Assembly (NCBI GenBank): GCA_021787395.1 | Contig: JAJYLZ010000010.1 | Coordinates: 4,030 to 68,029 of the forward strand | Source of the DNA: Chloroflexota bacterium | GTDB taxonomy: Bacteria; Chloroflexota; Limnocylindria; Limnocylindrales; CSP1-4 | Direction: 5' to 3' | Length of the DNA: 64,000 nucleotides | In this document: positions 48,554 to 57,819 of the stretch, in pieces | How positions within the stretch are numbered: the stretch's first letter is position 1 | How the letters are laid out: each line of letters begins with the position of its first letter | Made by a program: the position numbers and the translations under genes | The notes under the pieces: generated by a model | Told to the model about the DNA's origin: nothing | Seen by the model: only the letters and a program-made list of their open reading frames with translations | The model's database searches: none

Positions 48554-49372
48554 CTAGGCGGGCGGCTGGATGACGGGCGGGGGCGCGGGGGCGGCGGGCG
48601 CAGCGCCGGCAGGGTGGGCCCGCACCTCGTCGAGGAAGGCGAGCGAGCGCGCGTCGCGCTCGAGGGCGACGCGCATGAACTCGCGCATGGCGGCCTCGAC
48701 CTCGCGCTCGGTCTCGTCGCGCAGGCGGAGCCCGGCGAGCGCCTCGATGTCGAGCCGCTGGTAGGCCTTGAGGACCTTGAGCGCGTCGAGCGAGAGGCCC
48801 GTGTTGGCCGCCGACGGGCCGGGGCACCGGCCGCACAGCACGCCGCCCAGCGGCGGGACCCAGCGGAACTGCTCGGTGGCCTCGAGCATCCGGTCGCACT
48901 CCACGCAGCGGTCGACCTCCGGCCGCTGGCCCAGCTCGTCCGCGAGGTGCATCTCGTACCAGCGGGCGACGCGCCCCGGGGCCATGCCCGCGTCGAGCAG
49001 CTCGTAGGCGCGGTGGAGCAGCGCGTACAGCGGCTCGGCGGGGTGGCGCTCCTCGAGGCTCCGGTCGGCCAGCTCGGCCAGGTACCAGGCGGTCGCCGCG
49101 CTCTCGAGGCTGTCGCGCAGGTTGAGCCACGCCTGACCGACCCGGACCTCGGTGACCACGTCGAAGGTGCGGCCGCGGGCGAGCGCGATGTTCAGCTCGG
49201 CGAACGGCTCCAGGCTGCCGCCGAGGCGCGATGACGGGCGGCGGATGCCCTTCGCGATCGCCTTCAGCTTGCCCTGCTCGGGGGTGATCAGCGTGAGCAC
49301 CCGGTCGGCCTCGCCCAGGTCGAACCGGGAGAGGACGATGGCGTCGGTCACGTAGCGTCGCGGGGCGGGCAC
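48554..49372 (-). CDS. recO: DNA repair protein RecO
   Basis: N-terminal OB fold (DAIVLSRFDLGEADRVLTLITPEQGKLKAIAKG) and a zinc motif (CVECD...CGRC). Only the last ~272 codons of the 664-aa track ORF are used; the start is GTG 49372 or 49351. Confidence 0.9.
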   Translation of the reverse strand: MPAPRRYVTDAIVLSRFDLGEADRVLTLITPEQGKLKAIAKGIRRPSSRLGGSLEPFAELNIALARGRTFDVVTEVRVGQAWLNLRDSLESAATAWYLAELADRSLEERHPAEPLYALLHRAYELLDAGMAPGRVARWYEMHLADELGQRPEVDRCVECDRMLEATEQFRWVPPLGGVLCGRCPGPSAANTGLSLDALKVLKAYQRLDIEALAGLRLRDETEREVEAAMREFMRVALERDARSLAFLDEVRAHPAGAAPAAPAPPPVIQPPA

Positions 49373-49528
49373 GCCCCGACGGTAGCACTCGCGGCTCCGT
49401 GGGGCCTGCTCAGCCGACGGCCGCCGCCTCGCGCGCCAGGCGCACCGCCTCGGCGGCACCGCCCGGCGATCGCCCAGGGCGGGCGCCAACAGGCTACTTT
49501 TCGCGGACACGTTTAGCGCGAGTGACGG

Positions 49529-49534
49529 TACACT
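49529..49534 (+). promoter_or_regulatory. -10-like TACACT 9 nt upstream of the ATG (near-leaderless transcript candidate)
   Basis: GGTACACT-gcacggacc-ATG, with no Shine-Dalgarno sequence in between. Confidence 0.35.
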
Positions 49535-49543
49535 GCACGGACC

Positions 49544-50566
49544 ATGACCGTGACGAACGACATCGACCTCGCCCAGATGCTCGCCGACACCGAGGCGGAG
49601 ATCCTCCGCGTCGTCGGCGGCCGGGACGGGGCGACGGCGGGCGTCTACGAGATGATCCGCTACCACCTGGGGCTCGACGGCTCGGAGGGCCCGCGCGGCA
49701 AGCGGATGCGCCCGCTGCTCGGCCTGCTCGCGTACACGTCCATCGCGGGCGACCACGCGGCCGCCCTGCCGGGCGCCGCCGCGGTGGAGCTGGGCCACAA
49801 CTTCAGCCTGGTCCACGACGACATCGAGGACGGCGACGTCGAGCGCCGCCACCGGCCCACCCTGTGGGCGCTGCACGGCGTGCCGCAGGCGATCAACACC
49901 GGCGACCTGATCTTCAGCCTGTCGCGGGTGGCCCTCCACCGGCTGTCGGACCTCGGCTTCTCGGACAGCAAGGTCCTGCGCCTGATGCGCCTCTACGACG
50001 AGACCTGCGTGCAGCTGTGCGAGGGGCAGTACATCGACATCGCCACCTCGGACCGCGACGCGCCGATGACGGTCGAGCTGTACTTCGACATGATCGGCCG
50101 CAAGACCGCGGCCCTCATCGCCGCGTCGATCGAGGCGGGCGCGCTGCTGGCCACCGACGACGACGAGGTGATCGCGCGCTACCGGCGCTTCGGCTGGAGC
50201 CTGGGGCTCGCCTTCCAGCTCAATGACGACCTGCTCGGGATCTGGGGCGAGGAGCACAAGACCGGCAAGGTGCCCACCGACGTGGTCCGCAACAAGAAGA
50301 CACTGCCGGTCCTGTACGCGTTCGAGCACGCCGCGCCGGCCGACCGCGAGCGCCTCGCCCAGCTGCGCAGCCTGCCCGAGCTGAGCGGCGCCGAGGTTGC
50401 CGAGGTCGTCGCGATCCTCGAGCGCGCGGGCGCCGACGCCTTCACCCGGTCCGAGGCGCGCCGCCACCGCGACGCCGCCCTGGCCGAGCTCGACGGGCTC
50501 ACGGTGGTCGAGCCGGCCGCGCGCGAGAAGCTGGCCGGGATCATCCACTCGGTGATCAGCGCGTAG
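49544..50566 (+). CDS. Polyprenyl diphosphate synthase (trans-IPPS family, GGPP/longer chain)
   Basis: 340 aa. First and second Asp-rich motifs are HDDIEDGD and NDDLLG; also GKRMRP and GQYIDI. Confidence 0.9.
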   Translation: MTVTNDIDLAQMLADTEAEILRVVGGRDGATAGVYEMIRYHLGLDGSEGPRGKRMRPLLGLLAYTSIAGDHAAALPGAAAVELGHNFSLVHDDIEDGDVERRHRPTLWALHGVPQAINTGDLIFSLSRVALHRLSDLGFSDSKVLRLMRLYDETCVQLCEGQYIDIATSDRDAPMTVELYFDMIGRKTAALIAASIEAGALLATDDDEVIARYRRFGWSLGLAFQLNDDLLGIWGEEHKTGKVPTDVVRNKKTLPVLYAFEHAAPADRERLAQLRSLPELSGAEVAEVVAILERAGADAFTRSEARRHRDAALAELDGLTVVEPAAREKLAGIIHSVISA

Positions 50567-50792
50567 CGTCTCGGCGCCCGCCGGGCGCTCGGGTCGAGCT
50601 GGGCTGCGGACAGCGCATCCCGGCCCCGCTTCCGGGAGGTCCGAACCTCCCGCGCGTCAGCGGCCCTCGAGCCGGCTTCGGCGCGCCAAGGCCCGGGCGT
50701 TCGAATGCCCGAACACTGGCCGGCCGGGCGGCCCGCCGATCCCCTCCCCGAGCAGGGGTGGCGCTGCCGAAGCGGTTGGCGGGAGCGGGACG

Positions 50793-52130
50793 CTACTCCT
50801 CGCCGCCCGCGGCCGACTCGTCCTCGACGGGATGCACGCGATCCACGAGCACCTTCGCCACCCGGCGGCCGTCGGTGGACTCCACGATGAGGTGCAGGCC
50901 GTCGATGCTGATCTCGTCGCCCGGCTGCGGGATGCCGCCGATCCGGTGGTACACGAGACCGCCGACGGTGTCGTACTCGTCCTCGTCCTCGAGCTCGATC
51001 CGCAGGTCCCAGATCTCGAGCAGGTCGTCGATCGAGGCGCGGCCGTCAACGCGCGCCCGGTCCTCGCCGAGCGACTCGACCAGCGGCTCCTCCTCGTCGT
51101 ACTCGTCCTGGATCTCCCCCACGATCTCCTCGAGCAGGTCTTCGATGGTCACCAGGCCGGCCGTGCCGCCGTACTCGTCGAGCGCGATCGCGATGTGCAC
51201 CTTGCGGCGCTGGAACTCGTGGAGCAGGTCGTCGATGGACATGGACTCGGGGACGAAGACCGGCGTCCGGAGCAGCGAGCGCAGCGGCGGCCTCGGGGTG
51301 GCGTCGGACTTGAGGAACGGCAGCAGGTCCTTCGCGTACAGGATCCCGACGACCTCGTCGATCGAGGTCTCGTAGACGGGCACGCGCGAGTGGCCGCCCT
51401 CGATGATCAGGTCGATCGCCGCGTCGAACGAGGTGTCGGCGTGCAGGCCGACGATGTCCACGCGGGGCACCATGACCTCGTGCAGCCGCCGGTCGCCGAG
51501 CTCGATGACCGCGTTGATCATCTGCTCCTCCTCGGCCTCGAGCACCCCCTGCTCGCCGCCGCGCTCCACGATGACCCGCAGCTCCTCGGCCGTGATCTGC
51601 GCCTCGTTGGTGATGCTGGCGCCCAGCGGCCGGACGACAGCCCGGGTCAGCCCGGTGAGGAGGCCGACCAGCGGGGCGAGGATGCGCCCCAGGACATCGA
51701 GCGGGACGGCGAACAGGAGCGCCAGCCGCTCGGTGTACGCGAGCGCGAGGGACTTCGGGACGAGCTCGGCGAACACGATCGTGACCAGCGAGAGCACGAC
51801 CGTGACGATGACCAGGCTCAGGCCGTCCGCGGTGCCGGGGTCCATGCCGGCGGAGGCGAGCACGCTGCCGAGCTGCTGGCTGAGGCTGATCGCCGCGAAG
51901 GCCGACGCGAGGAAGCCGATGAACGTCACGCCCAGCTGGCAGACCGCCAGGAAGCGGCCCGGGTCGTCGAGCAGCCGGCGGACCCGCCGGGCCCCCGGCC
52001 GGTCCTCGTCGACCAGCTGGTCCACGCGGCTCCGCCGGATCGAGACCAGCGCGATCTCGCTCGCGACGAAGAACGCCTCGAGGAACGTGAGGACGATGAG
52101 GAGCAGGATCTCGGGTAAGGGGGTGTTCAC
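50793..52130 (-). CDS. CNNM/hemolysin-family membrane protein (DUF21-CBS pair-CorC_HlyC)
   Basis: 445 aa. The N-terminal DUF21 TM region is FFVASEIALVS; a CBS pair follows, then the C-terminal IGGIPQPGDEI...VDRV. The start overlaps the glmU stop by 4 nt. Confidence 0.88.
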   Translation of the reverse strand: MNTPLPEILLLIVLTFLEAFFVASEIALVSIRRSRVDQLVDEDRPGARRVRRLLDDPGRFLAVCQLGVTFIGFLASAFAAISLSQQLGSVLASAGMDPGTADGLSLVIVTVVLSLVTIVFAELVPKSLALAYTERLALLFAVPLDVLGRILAPLVGLLTGLTRAVVRPLGASITNEAQITAEELRVIVERGGEQGVLEAEEEQMINAVIELGDRRLHEVMVPRVDIVGLHADTSFDAAIDLIIEGGHSRVPVYETSIDEVVGILYAKDLLPFLKSDATPRPPLRSLLRTPVFVPESMSIDDLLHEFQRRKVHIAIALDEYGGTAGLVTIEDLLEEIVGEIQDEYDEEEPLVESLGEDRARVDGRASIDDLLEIWDLRIELEDEDEYDTVGGLVYHRIGGIPQPGDEISIDGLHLIVESTDGRRVAKVLVDRVHPVEDESAAGGEE

Positions 52131-53551
52131 CCGGCGGCGCCCCCGTCGCCGGCGGGCCCGCCGGCGGGCTCGTCGGGCTTGCGGATCTCGCGGATGCGCG
52201 CCGGCACGCCGACCGCCAGCTTGCCGGCGGGCACATCGCGGGTGACCACGGCGCCGGCGCCGGTCTTCGACCCGTCGCCCAGGGCCACCGGGGCGCGGAG
52301 CATCGTGTCCACGCCCAGGAACACCCCCTCGCCGATCGTGGTGCGGTGCTTGCGGACGCCGTCGTAGTTGGCGGTGATCGTGCCCGCGCCCACGTTCGTG
52401 TCGGCGCCCACGTCCGCGTCGCCGAGGTAGCTGTTGTGGTGCTGCCGGACGTGCTCGCCGAGGCGGCTGTTCTTGATCTCAGCGAAGTTGCCGATCTCCG
52501 AGCGGCGCCCCACGTGCGCCCCGGGCCGGAGGTGGGACATCGGGCCCACGGTCACGTGGTCCTCGATGGTGGACCGCTCGACGATGCTCGCCCAGACGAC
52601 GCACCCCTCGCCGACCACCGAGTCGTAGATCTGCGAGCCGGCGCCGATGCGGGTGCCCCGGCCGATCACGGTCCTGCCGCGCAGGATCACGTTGGGCTCG
52701 AGCGTGACGTCCTCGGCCAGCTCGACCCCGTGCTCGATGTACGCGGTGGACGGGTCCTGCATCGTGACGCCGGCGCGCATCCAGCGGTCGTTGATCTCCA
52801 CCCGCATGTCCCACTCGGCGCGGGCCAGCTCCGCCCGGTCGTCGACGCCGAACAGGCGGCCGTCGTCCTCGACCTCGAGCGCCGCCACCAGCCGGCCGTC
52901 CGCCCGGGCGAGCTCGACGAGCCCGGCCAGGCGCAGCTCCCCGGTGGCCGGCGACGGCCGCAGGTCTCGGATCCGGCGGCGCAGCCAGGCCGCCTCGAAG
53001 GCGTACAGGCCGGCGTCCACCTCGTTGCTGCCCAGCTGCTCGTCGGTCGCCTCCTCGGCCTCGACGATGCGCTCGACCGTGCCCGCCTCGCCGCGGGCCA
53101 CCCGGCCGAGCCGCGCCGGGTCGATCGCGTCGACCGCCGCGAACGCGAGCGCCGCCTGGTCGAGCCGCCGGGCCTCGAGCAGCGACGAGAGCACCTCGGA
53201 GCGCACCAGCGGCACGTCGCCGCTCACCACGAGCACCTCGTCCGCGTCTGCGGGGACGGCGTCGATCGCCGATCGCACGGCGTCGCCCGTGCCGAGCGGG
53301 ACCTCCTGGAGGACGGCGTCGGCCAGGCCCGCGACCGCGTCGCGCACGGCCTCGGTGGCGGGCGAGCAGACGACGAGCGGCCGGGCGCCGGTGGCACCGG
53401 CGACCGCGTCGATGACCCACTCCACCATCGAGCGGCCGCACAGGCGGTGCAGGACCTTGGGCGTGGACGATCTCATCCGCGTGCCGGGGCCGGCCGCCAG
53501 CACGATGGCGGCCGTGCGGCGCACGGCGGCGCCGGGGTCCGGGTCGGTCAC
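52127..53551 (-). CDS. glmU: Bifunctional UDP-N-acetylglucosamine pyrophosphorylase / GlcN-1-P N-acetyltransferase
   Basis: Motifs: LAAGPGTRMRSSTPKVLH, NEVDAGLY, and left-handed beta-helix hexapeptide repeats (IGNFAEIKNS...GAGTITANYDG). The start is uncertain: GTG 53551 or 53524, against the track ATG at 53677. Confidence 0.9.
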   Translation of the reverse strand: MTDPDPGAAVRRTAAIVLAAGPGTRMRSSTPKVLHRLCGRSMVEWVIDAVAGATGARPLVVCSPATEAVRDAVAGLADAVLQEVPLGTGDAVRSAIDAVPADADEVLVVSGDVPLVRSEVLSSLLEARRLDQAALAFAAVDAIDPARLGRVARGEAGTVERIVEAEEATDEQLGSNEVDAGLYAFEAAWLRRRIRDLRPSPATGELRLAGLVELARADGRLVAALEVEDDGRLFGVDDRAELARAEWDMRVEINDRWMRAGVTMQDPSTAYIEHGVELAEDVTLEPNVILRGRTVIGRGTRIGAGSQIYDSVVGEGCVVWASIVERSTIEDHVTVGPMSHLRPGAHVGRRSEIGNFAEIKNSRLGEHVRQHHNSYLGDADVGADTNVGAGTITANYDGVRKHRTTIGEGVFLGVDTMLRAPVALGDGSKTGAGAVVTRDVPAGKLAVGVPARIREIRKPDEPAGGPAGDGGAAG

Positions 53552-53729
53552 GGGTTCGGGCGCCGCTTCGATCGCGGTCCGGCGCCCGCCGGCCTGGCGG
53601 CGTCGTCGCCCAGGGGAGGGTTGGTGTCTGTCATGTCGGGCGGGGCGATTCTGTGGGCCGGGAGGCAGGGGTGTCAAACCGGCCCGCGGCAGGCGGCCCC
53701 GACGCTCGACGCCGGCCCGGGCGCTCGGC

Positions 53730-54110
53730 CTACCCGCGGCGGGCGATCGCCTCGATCTCGACCCGGCCGCCCTTGGGCAGCGCCGCGACCTGGACCGTGG
53801 AGCGGGCCGGCGGCGGATCGGGCATGAACCGCCCGTACACCGCGTTGACGACGGCGAAGTCGTTGATGTCCGCGAGGAAGATGGTCGTCTTGAGGACGTC
53901 CTCGAAGGTGGCGCCGGCGGCGTCGAGGACGGCGCGCAGGTTGAGCATCACCCGCTCGGCCTGGGCCTCCACGCCCTCGAGCAGGTTGCCCGTGGCCGGG
54001 TCGAGCCCCAGCTGGCCGCTGCAGAACAGGAGCCCGTCGGCGGCGATCGCCTGGCTGTACGGGCCGATGGCGGCGGGGGCGTCGCCGGTCTGGATGGCCT
54101 CACGGGTCAT
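53730..54110 (-). CDS. ridA: RidA/YjgF-family reactive intermediate deaminase
   Basis: 126 aa. Motifs: APAAIGPYSQAI, FCSGQLGLDP, ARSTVQVAALPKGGRVEIEAIA. The start overlaps the ispE stop (ATGA). Confidence 0.9.
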   Translation of the reverse strand: MTREAIQTGDAPAAIGPYSQAIAADGLLFCSGQLGLDPATGNLLEGVEAQAERVMLNLRAVLDAAGATFEDVLKTTIFLADINDFAVVNAVYGRFMPDPPPARSTVQVAALPKGGRVEIEAIARRG

Positions 54111-55135
54111 GGCTGCTTCTCCGATGCTGGAGGGGGCGGAGTGATCGCGGTGGCCTCGATGAACGGCGGTCGCGGCCCGGGCGCGGCGAGCGCGCCCGAC
54201 GCCACCGCGGCGCGGAGCCGGTCGGCCGCCTCATCGGCCTCGGCAAGCGAAGGATAGAGCGCCCAGTGCGTAGGGCCCGAGCCGGACAGGCCGACCGGGC
54301 GGCCGAGCAGCCGGAGCAGCGCCCGCTTGAACGGCACCAGCGCGGGCTCCACGGCCGCGGCCGCGAGCGCCAGATCGTTGGCGGCGGCGAGCACCGAGGC
54401 GCGGGTCAGCAGCATGTCCGAGTTCAGCGCGCCGCGCCGCAGCTCGTCGGCGAGGTGCGTCGAGGCCAGGCGGGCTGCCCCGCCGGCCACGCGGGCGCCG
54501 GCGTCCCAGGCGCGGAACACGGCCGGCGTGCTCAGGGCGACGGCGGGCGTCACGAGCAGCAGGCCAGGCCGGTCGGGCCAGTCGGGCGCGTCGCGGAGCC
54601 AGGCGAGGGGCGTGAGCCGCTCCCCTCGCCCCTCGACCAGCGCCGGGCCGCCCGCCAGGAAGAACGGCACGTCGGAGCCCAGCGACGCCGCGACGGCGAG
54701 GCGCGTCTCGACGCCGAGGTCGACGCCCCACGCCTCGAGGGCCGCGTCGAGCGCCGCGGCCGCGTCCGACGAGCCGCCCCCCAGCCCCGCGGCCACCGGA
54801 ATCCGCTTCTCCAGGCGTGCCGCCAGCGGCGGCGGCGCATCGGGGCCGAACCCGGCCTCCCGCGCGGCGCGACGGGCCGCGGCGACGGCGCGCAGGACGA
54901 GGTTGTCCGCGACGGGGCCCGCGTCGAACCCCGCCACGTGCAGCGTGTCGTGCCCGCCGGGCGGCAGGGGCGACACCGACAGCCGGTCCACGACCCCGGT
55001 GGGCGCGATCACGCTGTGCAGCTCGTGGAAGCCGTCCGGGCGGACCCCCAGCACGGCCAGGGTGAGGTTCACCTTGGCTGGCGCGAGGCGCACGACCGGC
55101 ATCAGGCGGCGCGACGGGTCGGCCGAGCTGGTCAT
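54107..55135 (-). CDS. ispE: 4-diphosphocytidyl-2-C-methyl-D-erythritol kinase
   Basis: ATG 55135 overlaps the upstream permease stop (ATGA). Motifs: APAKVNLTLAVLG.RPDGFHEL, the GHMP motif IPVAAGLGGGSSDAAAAL, and LSGSGPT. It has a ~40-aa C-terminal extension. Confidence 0.9.
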   Translation of the reverse strand: MTSSADPSRRLMPVVRLAPAKVNLTLAVLGVRPDGFHELHSVIAPTGVVDRLSVSPLPPGGHDTLHVAGFDAGPVADNLVLRAVAAARRAAREAGFGPDAPPPLAARLEKRIPVAAGLGGGSSDAAAALDAALEAWGVDLGVETRLAVAASLGSDVPFFLAGGPALVEGRGERLTPLAWLRDAPDWPDRPGLLLVTPAVALSTPAVFRAWDAGARVAGGAARLASTHLADELRRGALNSDMLLTRASVLAAANDLALAAAAVEPALVPFKRALLRLLGRPVGLSGSGPTHWALYPSLAEADEAADRLRAAVASGALAAPGPRPPFIEATAITPPPPASEKQP

Positions 55136-56913
55136 CGGCCTGCCCGCCCGGTGGCCGGCGCCGGCTGGGGCCACGCGACGTCGTTTGCCGGCTCGTCGAG
55201 GACGGCCACCCTCCGGCGGATCCGCCGGAGGGGGAGGTAGGCGCCCGCTATCCCGGACGCCGAGCCGACGACGAGGCCCACGAGGTACGCGTAGCCCGAC
55301 GGGAGGTGGAGCCAGGAGGCCGCGATGACCGGCCCGACGAACAGGCTGAAGGCGACCACGACGTAGATCGTGGCCCAGATCTGCCCGGCGCAGCCCATCG
55401 CGCCCCCGGTCATCCGGCGCGGATCGTCCCAGGTGAAGTTCGCGCTGAGCACACCGAACGCCAGCAGGATGCCGGTCATGCCGGCCAGGCACATCCCGGA
55501 CGCGGCCACGCCGTACAGGAACTGGCCGACTCCCATCTGGCGCACCACGGCGATGACCAAGTTGAGCAGCAGGCTCAGCGTGAGCACCGGCACGTAGGCG
55601 ATCGCGAACTTGGCGGCGAGGAGCTGGTCGGGGCTGACGGGCGCCGTCTTGACGAGCCAGTACGACCGGCCCTCCCGGGAGAACCCGGTGACGGCGAGTC
55701 TCGCCAGCAGCATCCAGCCGACGAACAGCGACATGCCGACGCTGCTGAAGCCGACGACTTCACGGAGCGGCCCGCCGATCTCGCTCGCGGCGCCCGGGCT
55801 TCCGGGCTCGCCGGGTCCGCCGCCCCGGAGCAGCAGCACGGTGTACACGATGCCGAAGATCAGGGGGGTCACCAGCTGCGAGAGGTTGCGCAGGTCGCGG
55901 CGGAGCGTCAGCGCGTCGCGCCAGACGAGACCCCAGAGCGGCAGCGACACGCGGCGCGCCAGCCTGGGCACGGCTGACCCGGTGTCGCGTGCGCGCCTCG
56001 CGGCCGGAGCCCTGCGGAACCGGCGCGCGACGACCTGCATGCCCGCCCAGCCGGAGTAGTACCAGCGCTCGGCGGTCACGACCGCGCCCCAGAAGACGGC
56101 GAATGCCAGCCCGATGGCGAGCCCCGCCAGCGGCAGGCCCGTGAGCCAATGGCCCTGGCCCAGCTCGACCAGGCCCTCCCCCACCCAGTTGACCGGCAGC
56201 CAGGGCGCGCTCGCCAGCACCAGGAACCCGCTCACGGTCGAGCCTGACGGCCCGCCCCCGTGGCCGCCCAGCGCGTTGCTCAGGCTGCCCGCCTGCGACA
56301 GGGACACCGCGAGGATCGCGCCGACGAAGGCCAGGATCTCGGCGGCGCGTCGTGGAGGGACAACCCGCACGACGAGCATCACGAGCAGGGCGGCCAGTCC
56401 GGCCGCCGCCAGGGACAGCCCGACCATGGCCGCGATCACCAGGGGGTAGTAGAGCGGGACGTAGCCGCTGGCGAGGCCGAGGCCCACCAGGACCGGCACG
56501 CCGAACAGCGAGAACAGGCCGAGCACCGGGGCGACCGCCTGCACGACCTTGGCGGTGAACACCGCCCGGATGGGCACGGGCGCGGCGAGGAGGAAGTCCA
56601 TGTCGCCCACGAGGTAGAGCGCCTGGAGCAGGCTGCCGAAGCTCATCAGCAGGACCACGAGGAACAGGCCCGTGAGGACCAGGACGGGGACGGCGGCGAT
56701 GATCCGGGCCGGGTCGACGGACAGGTAGCGGCCCAGCTCCGGCGACTGCAGGAACGACAGCAGGAGCCAGCTCATGGCGAGCAGGAAGACGGCGAATGCT
56801 GCCGCCAGCACCCCGAGGATCAGGGCGCCGATCCGCGTCCGGCCCCTGGACCGGCGCAGGCCGTTGACCGTGATGCGCAGGCGAAGGCGCAGCAGCTTCC
56901 AGGCCACGGGCAT
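55132..56913 (-). CDS. Large polytopic membrane protein, putative ABC-exporter permease partner
   Basis: ATG 56913 starts a 593-aa protein with about 12 or more TM helices. It lies directly downstream of an ABC ATPase. No specific family motif was recognised. Confidence 0.65.
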   Translation of the reverse strand: MPVAWKLLRLRLRITVNGLRRSRGRTRIGALILGVLAAAFAVFLLAMSWLLLSFLQSPELGRYLSVDPARIIAAVPVLVLTGLFLVVLLMSFGSLLQALYLVGDMDFLLAAPVPIRAVFTAKVVQAVAPVLGLFSLFGVPVLVGLGLASGYVPLYYPLVIAAMVGLSLAAAGLAALLVMLVVRVVPPRRAAEILAFVGAILAVSLSQAGSLSNALGGHGGGPSGSTVSGFLVLASAPWLPVNWVGEGLVELGQGHWLTGLPLAGLAIGLAFAVFWGAVVTAERWYYSGWAGMQVVARRFRRAPAARRARDTGSAVPRLARRVSLPLWGLVWRDALTLRRDLRNLSQLVTPLIFGIVYTVLLLRGGGPGEPGSPGAASEIGGPLREVVGFSSVGMSLFVGWMLLARLAVTGFSREGRSYWLVKTAPVSPDQLLAAKFAIAYVPVLTLSLLLNLVIAVVRQMGVGQFLYGVAASGMCLAGMTGILLAFGVLSANFTWDDPRRMTGGAMGCAGQIWATIYVVVAFSLFVGPVIAASWLHLPSGYAYLVGLVVGSASGIAGAYLPLRRIRRRVAVLDEPANDVAWPQPAPATGRAGR

Positions 56914-56960
56914 TGTGCGGGAGTCGGGCTGGCGATCCGGGGCCGCGCCGGACGGGCCGC

Positions 56961-57731
56961 TCACTGGAGGACGTGCGCGAGCTCGGCCACGTCGGCGCCC
57001 CCGGTGAGGCTCAGGAAGATGTCCTCGAGGCTCGCCTCGCCGGACGAGTCCCGGGCCCGGAGCTCGTCCATGGTGCCCACCGCGATCAGCTCGCCGTGGT
57101 CGATGATCCCCACCCGGTCGCACATGCGCTCCGCGATCTCGAGGATGTGCGTCGACAGCATCACGGCCGCGCCCCGATCGGCCATCTGGCGCAGGATGTC
57201 CTTGATCAGGCGGGCCGACCTCGGGTCGAGGCCCACCGTGGGCTCGTCGAGCACGAGCACCCGCGGATCGTGCATCAGGGCTGCGGCGAGCGAGGTCTTC
57301 TGCTGCATGCCGTGGCTGTACGAATCGATCGTGTCGTCGGCGGCCTCGGCGAGGTCGAACATCCGGAGCAGCTCGTCGATCCGCCGCGCGGCCTGGCCGC
57401 GGTCCATGCCGTACAGGTCGCCCACGAAGCGGAGCAGCTCGCGCCCGCTCAGCTTCGCGTACAGGTTCGGGGTGTCGGGCACGTAGCCGCTCGCAGCCTT
57501 GGCCTCCAGCGGCTGCGCCTGGACGTCGTGGCCGGCCATGCGCGCGATCCCGGACGTCGGCTGCAGGAGCCCCACGAGCATCTTGATGGTGGTGGTCTTG
57601 CCCGCGCCGTTGGGCCCGAGGAAGCCGAACACCTCGCCGCTCTGCACGTCGAAGCTGACGTTGTTGACGGCGAGCTTGTCGCCGAAGCGCTTGACGAGGC
57701 CGCGGGTCTCGATGAGGGCGTCTGGCACCAT
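56961..57731 (-). CDS. ABC transporter ATP-binding protein (ABC-2/DrrA-like)
   Basis: 256 aa. Walker A GPNGAGKTT, signature YSHGMQQK, Walker B VLVLDEPT, and the H-loop STH. Confidence 0.92.
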   Translation of the reverse strand: MVPDALIETRGLVKRFGDKLAVNNVSFDVQSGEVFGFLGPNGAGKTTTIKMLVGLLQPTSGIARMAGHDVQAQPLEAKAASGYVPDTPNLYAKLSGRELLRFVGDLYGMDRGQAARRIDELLRMFDLAEAADDTIDSYSHGMQQKTSLAAALMHDPRVLVLDEPTVGLDPRSARLIKDILRQMADRGAAVMLSTHILEIAERMCDRVGIIDHGELIAVGTMDELRARDSSGEASLEDIFLSLTGGADVAELAHVLQ

Positions 57732-57819
57732 GGCTCCTGTGGGACGGGGCGCCCGCTCATCGTACGCGGCACTGGCCGCGTTCGTGGTTTGGGCGGGGGG
57801 TGGTCGCCCGGGCGCCCGC

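Noticed and set aside
48554-50548. A 664-aa minus-strand ORF spanning recO and the region antisense to the polyprenyl synthase gene.
   Set aside because: Only the last ~272 codons carry RecO motifs. The upstream part is antisense to a gene with clear DDxxD motifs and has junk composition.
50695-50710. A tRNA-like T-loop, GGGCGTTCGAATGCCC.
   Set aside because: It gives only a 4-bp stem with an 8-nt loop. No acceptor, D or anticodon arms can be drawn in the flanks. It lies in a convergent intergenic gap and is more likely a small terminator-type hairpin.
52127-53677. A long Arg/Pro-rich N-terminal extension of GlmU (516 aa in the track), and similar extensions on iolG (8165), LacI (11383), NhaP (19560), the RR (26433), ppdK (35015), FNR (34784), glpK (43520), the M19 peptidase (48472) and ispE (55492).
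   Set aside because: The extensions lack motifs, often overlap neighbouring genes, and bypass internal starts that have proper Shine-Dalgarno sequences or 4-nt coupling overlaps. I trimmed these to the supported starts.
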